Source: an uncultured Nitrososphaerota archaeon (GTDB lineage: Archaea > Asgardarchaeota > Njordarchaeia > Njordarchaeales > Panguiarchaeaceae). From it: a DNA stretch of 17,603 nt. A model generated the notes under the pieces. The model had not been told where the DNA came from. It saw nothing but the letters and a program-made list of their open reading frames with translations, and did no database searches. Each line of letters starts with the position of its first letter. Position 1 is the stretch's first letter. Both the position numbers and the translations under genes were made by a program. Location: positions 36,151-53,753 of the forward strand of contig CAZWPQ010000010.1 in assembly GCA_964636085.1 (NCBI GenBank). Direction: 5' to 3'. Of this stretch, positions 15,497 through 17,603 are shown one piece after another.

Positions 15497-16030
15497 ATGG
15501 CCTCCATAACATGTGAAATATGTGGTAAGCCTGTCTATAAGAAACAGTTTTATAAGTACGAGGGCATCGTCCTTATAATGTGCGAAGTATGTGCGGCCAA
15601 GTTAGGCGCTACAAGGGTTACGAGGCAAGAAGTCGTTAGTATAAAGCATGTCGAGACAAAAAAGAAACGAGTGGGAATGCCCCGCTCTTCAGCGGCAAAG
15701 GTTCCAGAAGAATTAACAGTAGAATTAGTTCCTGGTTATGGTAAAAAAATCAGAGAGGCAAGAGAAGCTAGAGGTCTCGATCGCGACAAATTGGCAAAAG
15801 AATTAGGGATCCCCATATCCACATTAAGGAATATTGAGCGGGAGAGACTTAAGCCAGATATTGTGTTGGCTAAGAGGATAGAAAGGATACTAGGGATAAA
15901 AATTTTAAAGAAAATAGATTTAGAGTTGCTTGATAAGATTTCGGTCGTACATAGAGAGGATCAAAATAAGCTAACTTTGGGCGACATACTAATCATTGAA
16001 AAACCTAAAAAACATAAAAAGGATGAGTAA
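15497..16030 (+). CDS. mbf1: Archaeal multiprotein bridging factor aMBF1 (Zn ribbon + Cro/C1 HTH)
   Basis: CEICG...CEVC Zn ribbon, YGKKIREARE.RGL....LA HTH, and C-terminal LTLGD. Confidence 0.92.
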   Translation: MASITCEICGKPVYKKQFYKYEGIVLIMCEVCAAKLGATRVTRQEVVSIKHVETKKKRVGMPRSSAAKVPEELTVELVPGYGKKIREAREARGLDRDKLAKELGIPISTLRNIERERLKPDIVLAKRIERILGIKILKKIDLELLDKISVVHREDQNKLTLGDILIIEKPKKHKKDE

Positions 16031-16031
16031 A

Positions 16032-16601
16032 ATGCGCGTAGGAATAGGAATCGTAGGTATGCCAGGCAGTGGAAAGTCCATAGTTAGTGATGCTGCTAAG
16101 AGCCTTAAAATTCCCGTTATAGTAATGGGTGATCTTGTCAGGGAAGAAACAATGAAGAGAGGACTCGCCCTGACCACCGAGAATGTACTATGTGTAGCGG
16201 AGGATCTTAGGAAAGAGTATGGCCGGAAGGCCGTCGCTATTTTGGTAATAAAGAAAATTGAGGAAGAGAAAATTTTGGACTCTCATAATGTTGTTGCTAT
16301 TGAGGGCTTAAGATCACCTGAAGAGAGGCAAGTACTTCAAGAATTCTTTGACAGATTTATCCTAATTGCGGTTCATGCATCGCCTAGGACTAGATATGAA
16401 AGGATATTGGGGCGGGGCAGAATAGACGATACTGGGTCTCTAGAGCTTATGAAAAAGCGTGATTTGAAGGAAATATCCTTCGGGATTGGAGAACTTCTAG
16501 CTCTTGCCGATGTTCACATTGTGAATGAGAACAAGACCAAAGAAGAATTTTTTAATGAATGCGTAGAATTATTGCGGAGGTTTTTGGAACAGTTTATTTA
16601 A
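16032..16601 (+). CDS. UPF0200-family P-loop kinase (dephospho-CoA/NMP kinase-like)
   Basis: GMPGSGKS Walker A; MGDLVREE, GLRS.EE, VHASP..RYER...RGR.DD and RD..E..FG motifs. Start is ATG 16032 or 16023. Confidence 0.85.
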   Translation: MRVGIGIVGMPGSGKSIVSDAAKSLKIPVIVMGDLVREETMKRGLALTTENVLCVAEDLRKEYGRKAVAILVIKKIEEEKILDSHNVVAIEGLRSPEERQVLQEFFDRFILIAVHASPRTRYERILGRGRIDDTGSLELMKKRDLKEISFGIGELLALADVHIVNENKTKEEFFNECVELLRRFLEQFI

Positions 16602-17603
16602 ATCCATATGTTTTCTTTACTTTAACAAGCAAATTGTCCGCTGGTGCTCTCAGGAAGCCAAATATTAGATCCTTGGATCTTTTTATCTCCCCCCCTAATT
16701 CTTCAACGGCGGTGCTTACAGTTCTAATAAACTCTTCGGATCCCGATCCAATAAATCTATGTTCTCCCAAGACTGTGCCTACCAGCAATATGTTATCTGC
16801 CATTTTTTGAAGTCTTCTGATGGACTCAAAAAGCACCTTAAAATCGACATCAATTCTTACGAGAAGGTATCTTGTGTTGTTATGCTTTATAATTTTATCC
16901 TGTATAAATTTGTCTAGGTTCTCGGCTATAAATTTCCAGAGTTTGACTAGCTCATCTTTTTGTCGTTTCCAATCGACAAAGAATCGCTCCACAACTTTGG
17001 GAAGACTTTTGGGCTGGACTCTAAGTACGTCACAGGCAGCCTTTAGATATTTCTCTCTCATGTCGATATGTTTAATGGCCTCTAATCCTGCAACAAATTC
17101 TATTCTAACAACACCATCATGGATTTTTTTCGTACCTAAAATCTTAATGGGCCCTGTCATTATGGTTTGTGTTAAGTGAGTACCTCCGCATGCTTCAACA
17201 TCCCAATCTTTTATTTCTACTATTCTGAGAACTGACGCTGGAACAGCTCCACCTTGATATATTCGTACACCATATTTCTTTTCAGCTTCTGTCCGTTTCA
17301 TGAATCTGAGGAATATTGGTCTATTCTCAAGAACAATAGTATTCGCCAATTCCTCGATTTTCTTTATTTCTTCATATGATAAGTTTTTGTAGTGTGATAT
17401 ATCTAGGTGGGCTTTGTCAGGTCTTTTTTCGGCACCCATTTGCCATACATGAGGCCCTAATACCCGCTGGGCTGCCCCATTGATTATGTGTGTAGCTGTA
17501 TGATGTCGCATTAGGGCTAATCTTCTCTCCCAGTCTATCGAGCCAGTGACGGTTTTTATATTGGTTATTTTGATGGGTCTATCAAGTTCGTGGATAACTA
17601 TGT
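16594..17603 (-). CDS. alaS: Alanyl-tRNA synthetase, C-terminal part (editing + C-Ala); continues beyond the window end
   Basis: The frame is open to the window edge (IVIHELDRP...IDWERRLALMRHHTATH). HxxxH and EACGGTH editing motifs, YQGGAVP, and DGVVRIEF are present. Its stop overlaps the convergent kinase gene by 8 nt. Confidence 0.93.
   Translation of the reverse strand, partial: IVIHELDRPIKITNIKTVTGSIDWERRLALMRHHTATHIINGAAQRVLGPHVWQMGAEKRPDKAHLDISHYKNLSYEEIKKIEELANTIVLENRPIFLRFMKRTEAEKKYGVRIYQGGAVPASVLRIVEIKDWDVEACGGTHLTQTIMTGPIKILGTKKIHDGVVRIEFVAGLEAIKHIDMREKYLKAACDVLRVQPKSLPKVVERFFVDWKRQKDELVKLWKFIAENLDKFIQDKIIKHNNTRYLLVRIDVDFKVLFESIRRLQKMADNILLVGTVLGEHRFIGSGSEEFIRTVSTAVEELGGEIKRSKDLIFGFLRAPADNLLVKVKKTYGFK

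Noticed and set aside
140-17179. Remaining short ORFs (60-180 aa) in the track overlapping long genes
   Set aside because: They are antisense or alternate-frame shadows of well-supported genes and show no recognisable motifs.

Overview
An archaeal, AT-rich housekeeping region with no mobile element or CRISPR array. The gene order is heavily shuffled and the proteins are divergent, suggesting a long-branch lineage (TACK/Asgard-like is an impression only). Protein genes in order: proteasome beta (partial) and alpha (coupled by a TAATG overlap); a ~621-aa signal-less protein with about five Ig-like repeats; divergent TFE-alpha; uS17; lone A/V-ATPase subunit B; aCPSF1/FttA; GatD; a membrane-anchored transglutaminase-fold protein missing all three catalytic residues; CTP synthase; a 172-aa helical orphan; archaeal SAM synthetase; uS15; aMBF1; a UPF0200 P-loop kinase; and the C-terminal part of AlaRS. 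Three RNA genes are invisible to the ORF track: a textbook C/D-box guide sRNA (~3382-3435, +), an intron-containing tRNA-Gly(GCC), and an SRP RNA (~12571-12785, -). The SRP RNA is the most striking element. It is only ~215 nt, seems to lack the Alu domain, has an extra helix-7-like hairpin and an altered SRP54-binding loop, and its ends form a bulge-helix-bulge (BHB) motif. That motif predicts excision and circularisation by the tRNA-splicing machinery, possibly from the pyrG leader. All structures were paired by hand and no database searches were run.
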